Below are positions 51,904 to 64,000 of a DNA stretch of 64,000 nucleotides, in pieces (position 1 is the stretch's first letter; every line of letters begins with the position of its first letter). The position numbers were made by a program, and so were the translations under genes. Origin of the DNA: Phoronis australis (taxonomy: Eukaryota; Animalia; Phoronida); assembly GCA_002633005.1 (NCBI GenBank), contig NMRA01000287.1, forward strand, positions 488,317-552,316, given 5' to 3'. Below the pieces are notes generated by a model. That model saw only the letters and a list, made by a program, of their open reading frames with translations. It did not search any database and had not been told where the DNA came from.

Positions 51904-54900
51904 CCACTACAACATGTCCTTTATGTTCATGTAAAATGTTTGGATGACAGTGGAACAAATATTTTACGGAGTCGCTCCTTCGATAACACTAGCATACATG
52001 TAAGCTTTCGATCGTACTATTTACTTTGTGTAATATGTTAAAACTAGAGTGTGACATGAACCTCTTTTCTTTAGATCCGCTAGGTGACCTTGATATTGTG
52101 TGGCTGTATTTGAACACCAGTAGTCGTTTCAGTGAATCAGGTGTAGCTGTTCGGTAAATACATGTATTAGTTTTGAATTCCCGTTGGTGTTGTATATGTA
52201 CATTTTATCATTTTGACTATCGCCTTTGGTGGGTCAGTTCAAGAAAAAAGAGTAAGCCACTCGGAATACCTTTACGGCGACTGATTGCCTTTGCTAATAT
52301 TTCAAAGTGTTTCACTCTTTGCGTATGTTTTTCACATGAATTGTAATTTTATTTTGGGAATATATTAATTTCTAGCTTCATTGTCCAGCTTGGCAGGGGA
52401 CCCGTAATACGTGTTGGCAATATACACTTTGTTGTGAATGTTAAGATTCGTAACTTCCCAATGCCATACATGATTTAACGTGAAGCCCGTCGGAGATGTA
52501 ATCCTGAAATGCACGCTGGACATGCATTACTAACGAAACACGTGATCACCCTAGAGCCTTTTCGTGAGAGCCTTGCTGTTCTGAACGCAGTCATGGTTGC
52601 GATTTTTCAAAGCGCTATGTTGGCCTTGGCTTCCACCAGTAGACTAGGGAAATTGTGGTGCTCCGGGATTAGATGAATTAATGAACACTGAGGATGGCGG
52701 TGAGACTACCTGACACCCAAGTGAGATATGGGAGCTCGTGTGCGGGTGTCAAAGATCTACTTTTCACCGGTGTTCTCCTCTCCATTTCATTTGTTTACAT
52801 TCCACGGTAGGCAAAGGGAATTCGGTAGTGGTAGAGATCCTTCCGCCTGTGTCTGCATGCTCTCGTGAGTGCAACACCTGTATCTAAAAGAAAACTTCAA
52901 CCAAAGGCTCGAGAAAGTTTGTTTACGAATTGTCGTTCCTTGTATTCTCGCACTCCGTGGTTCGACCGTATTTGCATGAATTTTCCCGTTCGTGATTTTC
53001 AGACATTCATAAACCGAGAATCGCCTTCTGTGAGCAGCTCCCATCTTACATTTCAAGCACTTGAGATTCCTCGAAAAAACTCATAATTTCGAATTTAGTC
53101 AGATACCGACAAACTTTTTGGTGATGGATTGTCACGTGCAAACGGGGTTTAGACAACTGTTTGGACAATTGCGATGACCCTCGGCTAAGCATTCACCGTG
53201 CTGGAATAGTTTGCATCAGTTTGTTTCGGTTTTGTCGGGTTCTCACCATTTGGGCGCGAGATTTTCCAATTTTTACTTTCTTCTTACTATGTTGGAACGT
53301 TTATTTAGTACAAACAAAGAACATTATTTTAAAATTCGTGTCACCCAAGACTTTGGAACAAATTACGTCTTTCTGCTAAGAGTATTTTGCGGTCTAATCG
53401 GCCCTAACATTGTCAAACAAAGGTTCATCTGCGATTAAGCGATTCAGGAATCTGGCCATGGGTTCTTCTTCTGGTAGGCGTACTATAAAGAAATTAAAAT
53501 GTAATACAATATGTTTAAAATTATCCACGTGGTCAAGCACCACCTGAGCTCCACTGCGATACCTGGTTAACGAGAATAGTGTCTCACCTTTTTACTGCCA
53601 CTTAGCTGTTTTTTGTACCAACTGCACATGTGTCATGACATTAGTTATCCCTTCAACACCTCGTGATGGTGTATGATTATAGCAAAACAAAACATTGAAT
53701 TTCTTCATCAGTTATCATTCTTAATACTTGACAAGGTTAAGAAGAATTTCATTTCAAAAAGTCAAGAGTGTTATCAAAATGCAAAGATCAACACAGTGTA
53801 ACAATGTAATTCTTCGTGAACTAATAGGCAGATTACTTAACTAATTAGTAAACTAAGTAATTTGTATCGTCAATCAATTTTTGGTTGAATGACAACAAAA
53901 CAAGAAAAGAAATACGATATTTTGTATATGTGATTAAATCGGCAAGAAATAGTCTCAGTGATTCTAAGGAGCTCTACTGGATATATAAAAAAGACTTTTA
54001 AGAACATGAATTGCTCACTTTTGCAGGAAATAAATTTAGTAAGGCTTTCATTCAATGTAATACATCACCATGCTTGTTCATTAGTTGGGCCGTTGGCGTC
54101 GTTCAATACAATTACAAACTTACTTTAAAAATGCAGGGTGCACAGACATTTACAAAAATGTGAAAATAGGCCAATATCGTTTGTTTAGCTTTCAGTTATA
54201 CTGTGGAGAGTCCATTACTTTGGAATTCTTATAGAAATTTAGAAGTAAACTCATTCAAGATGAAATTTGTGATGATTATAATGTCTACCGTGTGTTACGC
54301 CAGGACATTTCTGGGCAAATGCCAGAACCGAAGAGTGAAGTGTTCGTCGCTACACACAAAGCACCAGATGGCGTTTTTGTGTGGAGTGGGAAATTGCGGG
54401 TGCTGCAAAAAGTTATAAAACATCTTGCTTGTTTATTTTAGTCTATCAGAGAAATAAAGCAATGGCGTGCGCGTAATCACACTACTGTACGATAGCTATT
54501 GTATTGGATTATTTTACAAGTTAAGGTTTCACTTTTTTATTTCATTTCACGGTTAGGGGTGGCCGGGGTACAGTACGAACTACAGATCACGTTTTTTCTC
54601 GGAGATCAATATAAAATATCTGTGCAGCAGACGAACATTGTAAAAATGAAGAAACCAAGGAGCTGCAATGTACGCATACACTACTGAGTAGGTACATTTG
54701 TAGGGCCTAAATTTTTCATTTATAATTACATAATCAACACTCAGAAACCAAATTTCACTTCATTCTGTAAAATTCTGTAACATGATTTTAACACCAAAAA
54801 AATTTCCTGAACAACTCATAAAATATACTTTGATAGGTTTTTGAAAATGTGTCCGCGACTGGACCTGAATAAAATCAGAGCCCAGAATATTCCTGGCTTT

Positions 54901-57374
54901 CAGCCAGGGCCCCAAGTGCTTGCAAAAACTAACAGTGTAGCAGTGTAATTGACGAGCATAAAAACTACATGTAGTTTTGCCCAGAAACCGCTGATTATGT
55001 AAACGTAGAACCTTGACAGAAGTCCCGCTTGAATATTCTGTCAGGAACGAAAATGACAACTTGAAGCAATGAAGCTTGTGTCGTTGATTTGACAACTGCA
55101 AGACTCGGTCAAATGTCAATCGACCATACAGCCGTATTGTCACATTGCAAAATACACGTAACACAGTAAGCCTGGTGAAATTTCAAGCTCTTACCCTAGA
55201 ATACATGGGCAACAAGAGGGAGTTGGCATTCCAATACTAGAGTTCTATGCTTTTAGCACCGGGTTATGTATATGTGTTGGCTGCACATTGTCTTCTGACA
55301 AATGAAAGCTGCACGTGGCTCTTCCTTTGAATACTGTTAAACGGAACTGACAACTTCCAACTACAAGGTACTAGGCTCAGCACTTACTCAATTTTTCTTT
55401 AACAAAGAAAACAAGGAAGCTTTCAATTTTGGTGACACTGACTCTGATAGATTAGTTCTGTTTCGTCAACACTTGTTTCATGCTTAGATCGAGTCGAGCT
55501 TGTGTCGCCGGCCTGGATCGAGGAGGTTGTGGTCGAGGGTTGGTGTTGCCGGGTCGTCGGCCGAAAGTTGGGACTGTGACCTCATCTGAATTTTTATCTC
55601 GCTGTGGAATACTATTACGTGGTCATAGTTTTGGACATTCAAACTTGAAATTTCGGACTTAACTCGTTTTATTAAAAATTCAAAGCATTTAATGTCATGG
55701 TTTTTATGGTGGGTGGGACTTGACCGTGTGATCGAGTTCAGCAGCGTTGAAAAGATCCCTCCCCAAGCTGTCACGGGCTTGTTTTCTTAGGTCTACATGT
55801 ACATGTACGTAACGATCGACTTCATAAAATGTGTTATTGTAGTCACGTGGTCTGGTATTAATGCGCATTAAATCTTATGGAGACTTGCATGACTTTGCTT
55901 TTCCCTCGGTTAAGTTGCTTGCACTATTCCAGCTACTTCTGAAGTACGGGCAATTAGTTTTGCAGTACGGGAAAGTCGTCTTGAAGTCCGACCAGTTGTT
56001 AATTTCTACGTTGTATTTTTAATAGGCCTAATGCTGTTATCAGGGTTCAAATTTGAAACAAGATAAAAATGTCCTTAGTTTAGCCAATGTGCTTGTATAG
56101 TAGGCTTTAATGAAAAGCTCACAAATTCTTGTTGCCATTTATTCAAGCCAATGTAGAGATTCTTGGTTTTGCTTTATTTTTAAAACGCAGAAGCACAAAT
56201 ATGCTTGTGAGATTTAAATTTGAATACTAACCGTGGTTGCGCAGGTTGAATCTCCAAATAGCAATAATAAGGTGACATGACTGGGCTTTGCTCCACCCGC
56301 TGGTTGGAAATACAACTAGCGCTGCTCATTATGTAAAGTTTCTGCATTGCCATCATGCTAACTTCGAAAACAAATTAAAGTTGATAAAAAACAATGGCAT
56401 TGAAGTTTATTGCAGTTGCCAACAATTTCATAACCTCACCTTTTCGTTTCTTAGGTATAGATTGTCATACAACTTGAAATAATGAATGTATATCATTCAG
56501 TTATGCTGAAGTCCAACTGCACTGTTTGCTTTAGCCTTTGATTAGGTTATACATGTAGGTAACGTGACATGTTTATAATTTGTACTCATGTCATGTAGAA
56601 TAGATTTGTTTTGCAGGCCAAAGTGAACCCAGGGTTAAAACACCATCCAAAAATCAACGTGTAAAAATTGCCAGTGAATTACACGTAGCTTGGTATAAAT
56701 TTCTCCATTGAAGAATACCCGATAAGAGAGTTTAATCTCAACAGTACAGGGGATTACAGCTAAACGTGAATTATCAATAGAAAGCTCTTTATGTATTTTG
56801 ACATAAAGGATTAATTTCCAATATCACCAGGTTTCAAATAGGGGCACTAATCTCAGTTCAGTCGTGTTTGCCACAACTTCAAGACTTGAGAATTTGCATG
56901 GTGAAATGATATTGTTTATTGGGTGAACGTTAATTTGGCAAGTATTGAACAATGAGTTGGCTGATAAATTAGATGATTGAACAGCAAAATCGGCTCCTTT
57001 GATTAACTTAGATGCCGGTCACCATAGTCACATGCTACATGTACCTGTGAATACACCCGCACTTAGGCCGAGCAACCGCGAAAGGTTTGCAGACATTTTG
57101 ACCGCTGTCACCTTCACTCATACATGTTTGTATTATTGATCAATATTACAAAAAGGGTTTTAAACAAAGAGTTGATTCAACGCCAGACACAGAGACTTTT
57201 CAATGGCCACTCGCCAGGGACATATATTTCCTGGTTCATGAACTCTGGTCACCAGTTACATATCGCGCCATCCGTGCGACGTCAGTAGCTGTAGAATATA
57301 GGTCAAGTACTTGGCCTCGATTCTCCCTATCGCAACCCGCCATTCGTTGATAACGTCGATAACCTACTTAGCAG

Positions 57375-57391
57375 TGACTCAGGGAAATTTC
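57375..57391 (+). promoter_or_regulatory. Abutting AP-1 (TGACTCA) and NF-kB-like (GGGAAATTTC) motifs
   Basis: Motif match only; lies ~80 bp upstream of an ATG-to-GTAAG candidate exon. Confidence 0.3.
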
Positions 57392-57472
57392 TGTTAAAAT
57401 CCACCAGTGTATTTTTATACGCGTGGCAGTCACCGGGTGTAGAACAATTGATTCTGAGGACCAGACTTAGAT

Positions 57473-57529
57473 ATGGCTACTAACAAGAATTCGGGAAGTT
57501 TACTTGTCAGCGAGGCAGAATTGAAAACG
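57473..57529 (+). CDS. Candidate first coding exon of a downstream gene (MATNKNSGSLLVSEAELKT)
   Basis: ATGG start and G|GTAAGA donor; no downstream exon identified. Confidence 0.25.
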
Positions 57530-58183
57530 GTAAGAGTTTAAATTGTACATGATTAATACAGCCATAAGGCACAAAACATTTTGTTTCTCAATCTGTTTGG
57601 GCCCTCCTCCGTCGCTTGATAGTTTATGCTGAATATATGTTTATAGAAGTTTGATTATTTAACGGTCTGCATTATGTCCATATTATATGCAAATTAGTGG
57701 TTTCTGAACTTATGGGAATAATATTACGTTACAAACCTTCTGAGATCCAGACGCATGTCACTTTATTTCATGAGAATAATAATATTCGTTGACAAAAAGA
57801 AATTGTCAATTAGACCCTCTCGTACCGCTGTCCAAACGGCTTCAGACTAAGAATTTCCAACGTCACAGTTCAGCAGGGATGGAGAAAACCACGATATATT
57901 TAAAATTGTGTAGGCCTGCCTGTCTGCAAGTATGGATTCATGCTTCCTTTTAGACAGTGAACATTATCTACGCTTATGGTAGTAGTCAGTGGCTGTAGCA
58001 CCGACTGAAAAAGCGTCCATTGTTGTCAGGCCAAGCACCCATACCACCCTGTTCCTCTACTGCCTAAAAGTCTTCCACGGTCCTATTCAGATACACTCAT
58101 TTCACATAGTGATCACTGGAATTTTTTTCTTTTCTCCCATTTTTGCAAAATTTCTATTTGGATGCCAACGCTTGGGTGTTTAA

Positions 58184-61100
58184 GTGTGACTCCATATAAA
58201 AACCAACAGGTAGAGTCTATACCCAAAATCACCGATTTTTTTGAAACTTGGCACATAAGTTTGGTTTGTTGAGATGTAGAAAAACCTCACTTTTTAAGAA
58301 TTTTCATTCATTATTTTTCTTTTTATGACCTGTACCTCCATTTTGCAACACAATTGGGCGTTGAAGTACGCATGTTTGAATGCATTTTACTAGCATGTGT
58401 GGTAAGGTAAAAACAAATGAATAATACGAATTGAAAGGGCAATGCCTGAATAATTTAATGGCATAACTTTCAAAATCCATTTTTAAATCTGTACGTTTTG
58501 AATTTGTGAGTCAAATATGGCTATTTTTCAGGTTTTCAATGAAGCCATTTTCGGCCAAATTTGGCACTCTGTAGCAGCCATAACGCACCTTTCCTGAAAT
58601 TGACTTTATAATAATTTGTTCAGTCATTCCTAACCTGTTCATAATCTAAAATAAAAAATCTTGCCTCTAATGTAGTTTTTGCGTACGAAGCATTACACGA
58701 ACTGCACTTCGTCCTTTTGCATGTTCTCAATTGCCGCTGCTGCCAATAGGGGGCTCTTGGAAAATACAATTAGCTTGCGAAACACTACATAAAAACCTTG
58801 TATTTTGGAGAAAAGGCAGACAGCATTATTAATTACCATTCTCTGAAAACGGCATTGATGATTATTGCTTATTACAAAAAATATGTACGTAAATCAACCG
58901 GCATGCGTGCTTCTAAATGATAGATGGCGCTGCTTTTGTTTACGTGGAGACTGAAGACGCATCTAGAATAAGAGCAGTAACCCGAGGACCTTGCTATAAT
59001 TCAAAACTTCGCGAGATATTGCTCTGCATTCTAAATGAGAACACGTGGTTTTGGATAAATAGTAGAGAGGTTCTAGTGTTACTGAACTCATCCCCTTGTT
59101 TTCTATCTGTCTTGTTCGTGCCACAGGCAAGGAAAGGCACCCAAGGTGGATATGGCCCCCTAGTGTTCAGTGCAAAAATCCTTCAAGTTGTCAATAGTCA
59201 TTGTAACTTTGGGTTCATGTTGTAATGTGCCTGCTGGTTGCTAGAAATTTTAGTCGCCACCAGTCGCCAGAAACCTGGTGTTCCACCCCCACACACCGGG
59301 CACCCTAACGCTGAATATTTCTGCCAGACAGTGTGATCATCAGTGGTATAAAAAGGTACACATTCACAGTCAATAGAAAATAATTCACGAGAGACAATTT
59401 TATTAATGACTCATTCATGACAGACATGAAGTAAACAGAAGTATATATCACACATCTTTGACTGGTATGCTACAAAACTAGGCTAAACGTTGAGCTCATT
59501 TACCACTTCATTCAGTAAATCTGACGACATAACAGCATCTTCAGCAGAAACAGCATCGTCATGAACATTGCTGCAGACAATCTGGAAAAAATCCACCAAT
59601 CTGCGATTTCCTTAACAGCACAGGTAAGCACTTTCTCGTAATGCTCTCTCCGAGTCCATTTTGGCACTTCCGAGGGTGAACGTTTTTACCTGGCTTATCT
59701 CATCTTCATCGAATATGTTCGTCAGAATGTTCTTAACCTTTGCTGAAAATCTTGTTGACCTTTTACCTTTTTTTCAATGCCTAACCTATTGCTTCAGGAT
59801 TCGTCTCATCCAAATAGTACTCAGAGGCTACCTCAAATGACGCTCCGGTTCTTGCATCTGAAAGCATTTCTGACCACTGTCGTGCGATGTGGTCATACGT
59901 GGTTTCCCTTTGTAAATATTCAGTGTCGTTACCCACATCCAAATGCTGACCTAGTTCTGAGTCTGTAGCAAAAATTTCGAGTAACCTTGCTGGGTACAAG
60001 GGAACTTTTGTAGAGGCTCTTCACTAGATACAATGCCAACCTTAACTGTTGGTGTTGAAAATCCGCCATGTCTAGAGATGTTAGTGTATTTTAGAGAAAT
60101 AGGTTTCCCGTTTTCTCAGTATTTGTAAGAACTTACCGTCACCTACATGGAATGATTTCCACACGCGAATTCCTTGGTGGAATAGTGGAAATTTGGGAAT
60201 GTGCTTATACCAGGAACGGAGTATTTTGTGAAAGACTTTGTTACATTGACTGAACATGCATACACATAGCATCCCTTCACACGACCACTGGAAAGTAATG
60301 CTTCTTTCAAATCCAGAAAGTTTATGATATTGATACCTTCGGCTACAAAGTACTTAGCATGTTGTTTGAGTGGAGCGATCTTGCGATCACAGAGATCCTT
60401 CCCATTCTGACTTTCACTTAAGTCATATCTCGAAACAGAAATGCCGGTAGAATTTGACAAGGCTGCTACATTCAGGAGGAGAGGAGCAGAGTGGTAACAT
60501 CCAGCATTACCTCACTCTTCCATGACTGGTCCTGTTCAGTCAGAAATTCACCGACTCTGGGAAGAACGAGTCCGTACTCTGGCACAGGCCTTGCTTTGTG
60601 AGGTAGCTTCCTGTATCTCAAATGTTCAGTGGTGTCTTTGACATAACTCACTAAAGCACAAAGCTTTTGTGATCGGATTTTTTTCAGACTAAACTGTAAA
60701 GGAACATGAAGGCCCATCGACATCGTCCGCCATTTTGTCTTTTTAAAATACACTTGCTTCTCTCAAAACCAGTCATTACAAATATCAATTCTTACTCGTT
60801 TAATCTTAAAGGCATTCATGTTCTACAGAGTGTTTAAATTAACCTGATAATGTACAACAAATGGAAGAATACAAGAGGGTTACACGTACATTTTTTATAT
60901 ATCCTCAAGCTTAACCTCAACTGACTCCCTCAGTGGGCAAAGGTCATCGGGTTCAATTTTGATACTAGCCGCAAAATAAACCCGGAAAACATCTCGTTTT
61001 CATTTGAAAGAGTTTAGACTTGGTTTCTATGAATATTTAAAGCAGACTTCTTGCCTAAAAGTTTGTTCGAATGGTCTGTAAACTCTGCTCGCCATTTCCA

Positions 61101-61651
61101 AACTATGAAAATAGACAGTTTTGCAAGACAATTTTCACTGAAGTGCAAAGTTGAGGCAAGATTTTTTATTGCTCAGTCATCAAGACTAACTCTTTAACCG
61201 TATGTTCAAAACGTCACATACATGTAAGGCTACAAGGTGTTTTATGGCAGTAAGAAAGTCACAAAAATGGCAACTAAAATTAGCTCCAAAAAGTGGTCTG
61301 TGGCTTATCTCCCCTGTCTTGCACAAAACTGTCAGATTTTAATAAACGGCTCAGAATTATGCACAGAATACGGTGGTTATTTCAGCCACCAAAATATAGC
61401 TTTTGATCTATTTTGTAACATACTAATTTTTGTTGCTGAAAACGTGCGATTTTTGAGACGGCTAATATGCCCAATTGTGCCAATATGTGTTATCATGCTC
61501 CAGCGGCGAAATTAGGGGTCATTGAGTGCACAAAATTTGGCATTTGGGTTTTTGTTAGGATACCTATCCATGTACAAAAAATGAAGTTGTTTTAAATTTT
61601 GACGTATAGACTGATTTTTGAAAATCTACTGGTTTTTATACGGACTGCCTC
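58184..61651 (-). mobile_element. Decayed Sola3-like DNA transposon
   Basis: TTAA flanks, GTG../..CTC termini with inverted TCC.TATAAAAACCA..AGTCTATAC; transposase remnants NAGCYH and YDLSESQNGKDLCDR (~59470-60520). Confidence 0.7.
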
Positions 61652-62440
61652 TTAATTGGTGTGGTGAGTTATAAGAGTGGCAACTAGGGGAAACGTAGTC
61701 CCGGACTATTGATCCCTCTAAATCATCTCTTAAACATACTGTCAGGCTTAAGATGTCTTTGCATTTTAAAAACGTACGAGAGTAAGAAATACTTAAGCAT
61801 GGGTGTGCCACAATAGTGGAACCTAAACTTCTAAAATCTAGTGCCTATAATCTGATATGCTGTAAAAAAGACCACACTGACTAGGTCAACTTTTTCAAAT
61901 ACCTATAGCTCTGTCACTGAACACCTTTTGTTAACCCCAGCAAGCCAAGAAAAACACTGTGAGGCTTATTCAGGAGTATAAAGATCCGTGGCAACTGTGA
62001 GCTATACAAAAAGGCTGTACCAGGGTGATATCTCAACTGTTTTCTTTTACAATGAGTAAGGCCTTGGGCAGTGTGGGCAGGATGGTATCCCTTGGACACT
62101 GGGATAAATGCACTGTGTTCATCTTATGAACAGTTAAATATTTGCACAAACGACGTGTCAGGTTTGTGATTAAATACCAAGAATCTACTGAGTTAGTTAA
62201 CAAACAAAATCTATTCAGACTTAAAATAAACATAGCACATCATAATTAATGTGCATATCTGTCTCTCATTCTTTGAAAATGGGCACATCTTAAAATATAG
62301 TGGTGCGTACACTACACAAACACTAATATCTGATTCAAAACAAATATATTTGTGATAAACACTCGTTTAACATAACATTTCTTTGAAGAATGTTGCTCAG
62401 TTACCAAGTAATATTTTAGTTTCATGGTTTTTGTAAACAT

Positions 62441-62505
62441 GGGGGCATGTACACTACAAAAAGGGGCACGTACACTATAAAAGGGGCATGTACACGGTAC
62501 ACTAC
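62441..62505. repeat. Short tandem repeat GGGGCATGTACACTA.AAAA x3
   Basis: Directly visible; possibly subterminal repeats of an unrecognised transposon. Confidence 0.6.
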
Positions 62506-64000
62506 ATCAGTGTTTCTGCATCACATGGTAACATAATGTTGTAGGGGCATTTACTTTTGTTTGATGATAATAAGCACCGTTTTGCTATTTGAAATGCAAT
62601 CGTCGTTTGTGTTACTGAATTCAACTTGGGGATACTGTGTACCTACCCTACATTTTGTTAGACTTTTTGGCTCCTTCTCAACATAGCAGAACCTAGTCAC
62701 TATCCAAGTTTTAAATGGTTTATTTAGATATTGAATACAGTGTAGTTTGCTGTGTTGCCTAAGCTAACATATTCTGCAGTTCTCTATAACCTTATTTACA
62801 GTAGATGAGGATTAGAAACACAGAATTTACAATTTCCTGACTAGTGCCTGTTTTATGATGAACCCCACCATATCTCAATGATTGAGCACAACTTCATCTG
62901 AGTGATTCTGAATGTGAATCGAGTTATTTCCAGCCATGTCAAAACAAATGCTTACTTTATTTTCCACTGTTGACAGTTGGAAATTTAACTTTTTAAAATG
63001 GCCACTCGTAAGCTAAATATGAACGAAATTCACTGACAAAGACATGCATAAGTTTCCCAAACACTATCGAAGTTTGACGATTATTTTTAACTTGCGCAAC
63101 TAAATAACCCTTTGCATTTGAGATTCAGTTGACATTGGTAACAGAGTCGACTCTCGAATATGGACCTTGATTGTGATTTACCGGATATTGTGTTTCGTGT
63201 CAGTTTCATTCGGCATATCCTGTAGCTGGCATGAAAACAAAATTTCCCTCTGTCATGCGTATTCACTCGCTAAATAACCTGTGACGTAGTACGTATTACA
63301 TCTTTACAGTTTTCGTATTACAGACTAATGGAACACCGTTTGTTATTTTTGCTTCATGCGATGCACGCTGTTGAGAATACACCTTTTGTGATTGCCAATT
63401 TCTAATAAAAGCCCATCAAATTCTAATGTTTTATAGGTCTCGTCTCATCTAAAATATCCAAGACGAGAACCCTTACCAAAACCCTAATGCATTTTTCTAT
63501 ATAGCCTCGCAAGGCACTCTGAGAGTTTTCTTCAGCCATAGTTCTCACACAATCAAAAATACCTTGTTGTGTTCTGGCATACATGTACATGTACATGTAT
63601 GCCGCATTGCTTAAACCTTTTAAAGTTGTGGTGATGGGGACATAAATTAACATAGACAGAACTTAGATGACGCAGATTGAGCTGTGTGTTTTGCTCTTAG
63701 TTTACCTACATATTGTTCTACATTTGGGGACATGTAATGTTTACTTTCAGGTTGTAAAGAAATAAGGTCACGGGTTCTAATCAAATGTTTTGTAATTGTG
63801 AGTTCTGATGAAACGTGGCGACACGTAGGCCTATCAACGTACATGTATGCACCGAGGATTTTTTACAGCGATTGAAAGCTTGCAGTGAATTAACATTTGG
63901 ATGATGTTGGTGTTGTTACGCACATCAGTGCACTGGAAACAATGTAACTGTTATGAAACAAGGAACTAAGTATAATTTCAACTACAAAAAGGTTTCGAAC

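Overview
Animal (non-prokaryotic) genomic DNA: AT-rich, intron-containing and transposon-dense. It is probably a marine invertebrate; the taxon cannot be fixed from sequence alone. The main feature is a + strand multi-exon gene reconstructed by hand from splice sites and exon phases (about 21.6-51.9 kb). One 19-exon path is open for about 955 codons, but its start codon was not found. Architecture: small Cys-rich exon, EAR/EPTP beta-propeller repeats, three F5/8 type C (discoidin) domains, a LamG/pentraxin-like domain, then about 3 C-terminal EAR repeats. Most N-terminal EAR exons are decayed and two are split by DNA transposons, while every downstream exon is intact. A decayed tandem paralog of the 5' end lies at about 0.9-12.4 kb. 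The rest is transposon relics (pogo-like, Harbinger-like, Kolobok, P/THAP9-like, hAT-like with 5-bp TSDs, Sola3-like, RTE and CR1-like LINEs, Penelope with hammerhead ribozyme motifs), mini/microsatellites, an unidentified decayed repeat-protein gene, and a strong excess of TACATGTA. All family assignments come from motif recognition by eye, not database searches.
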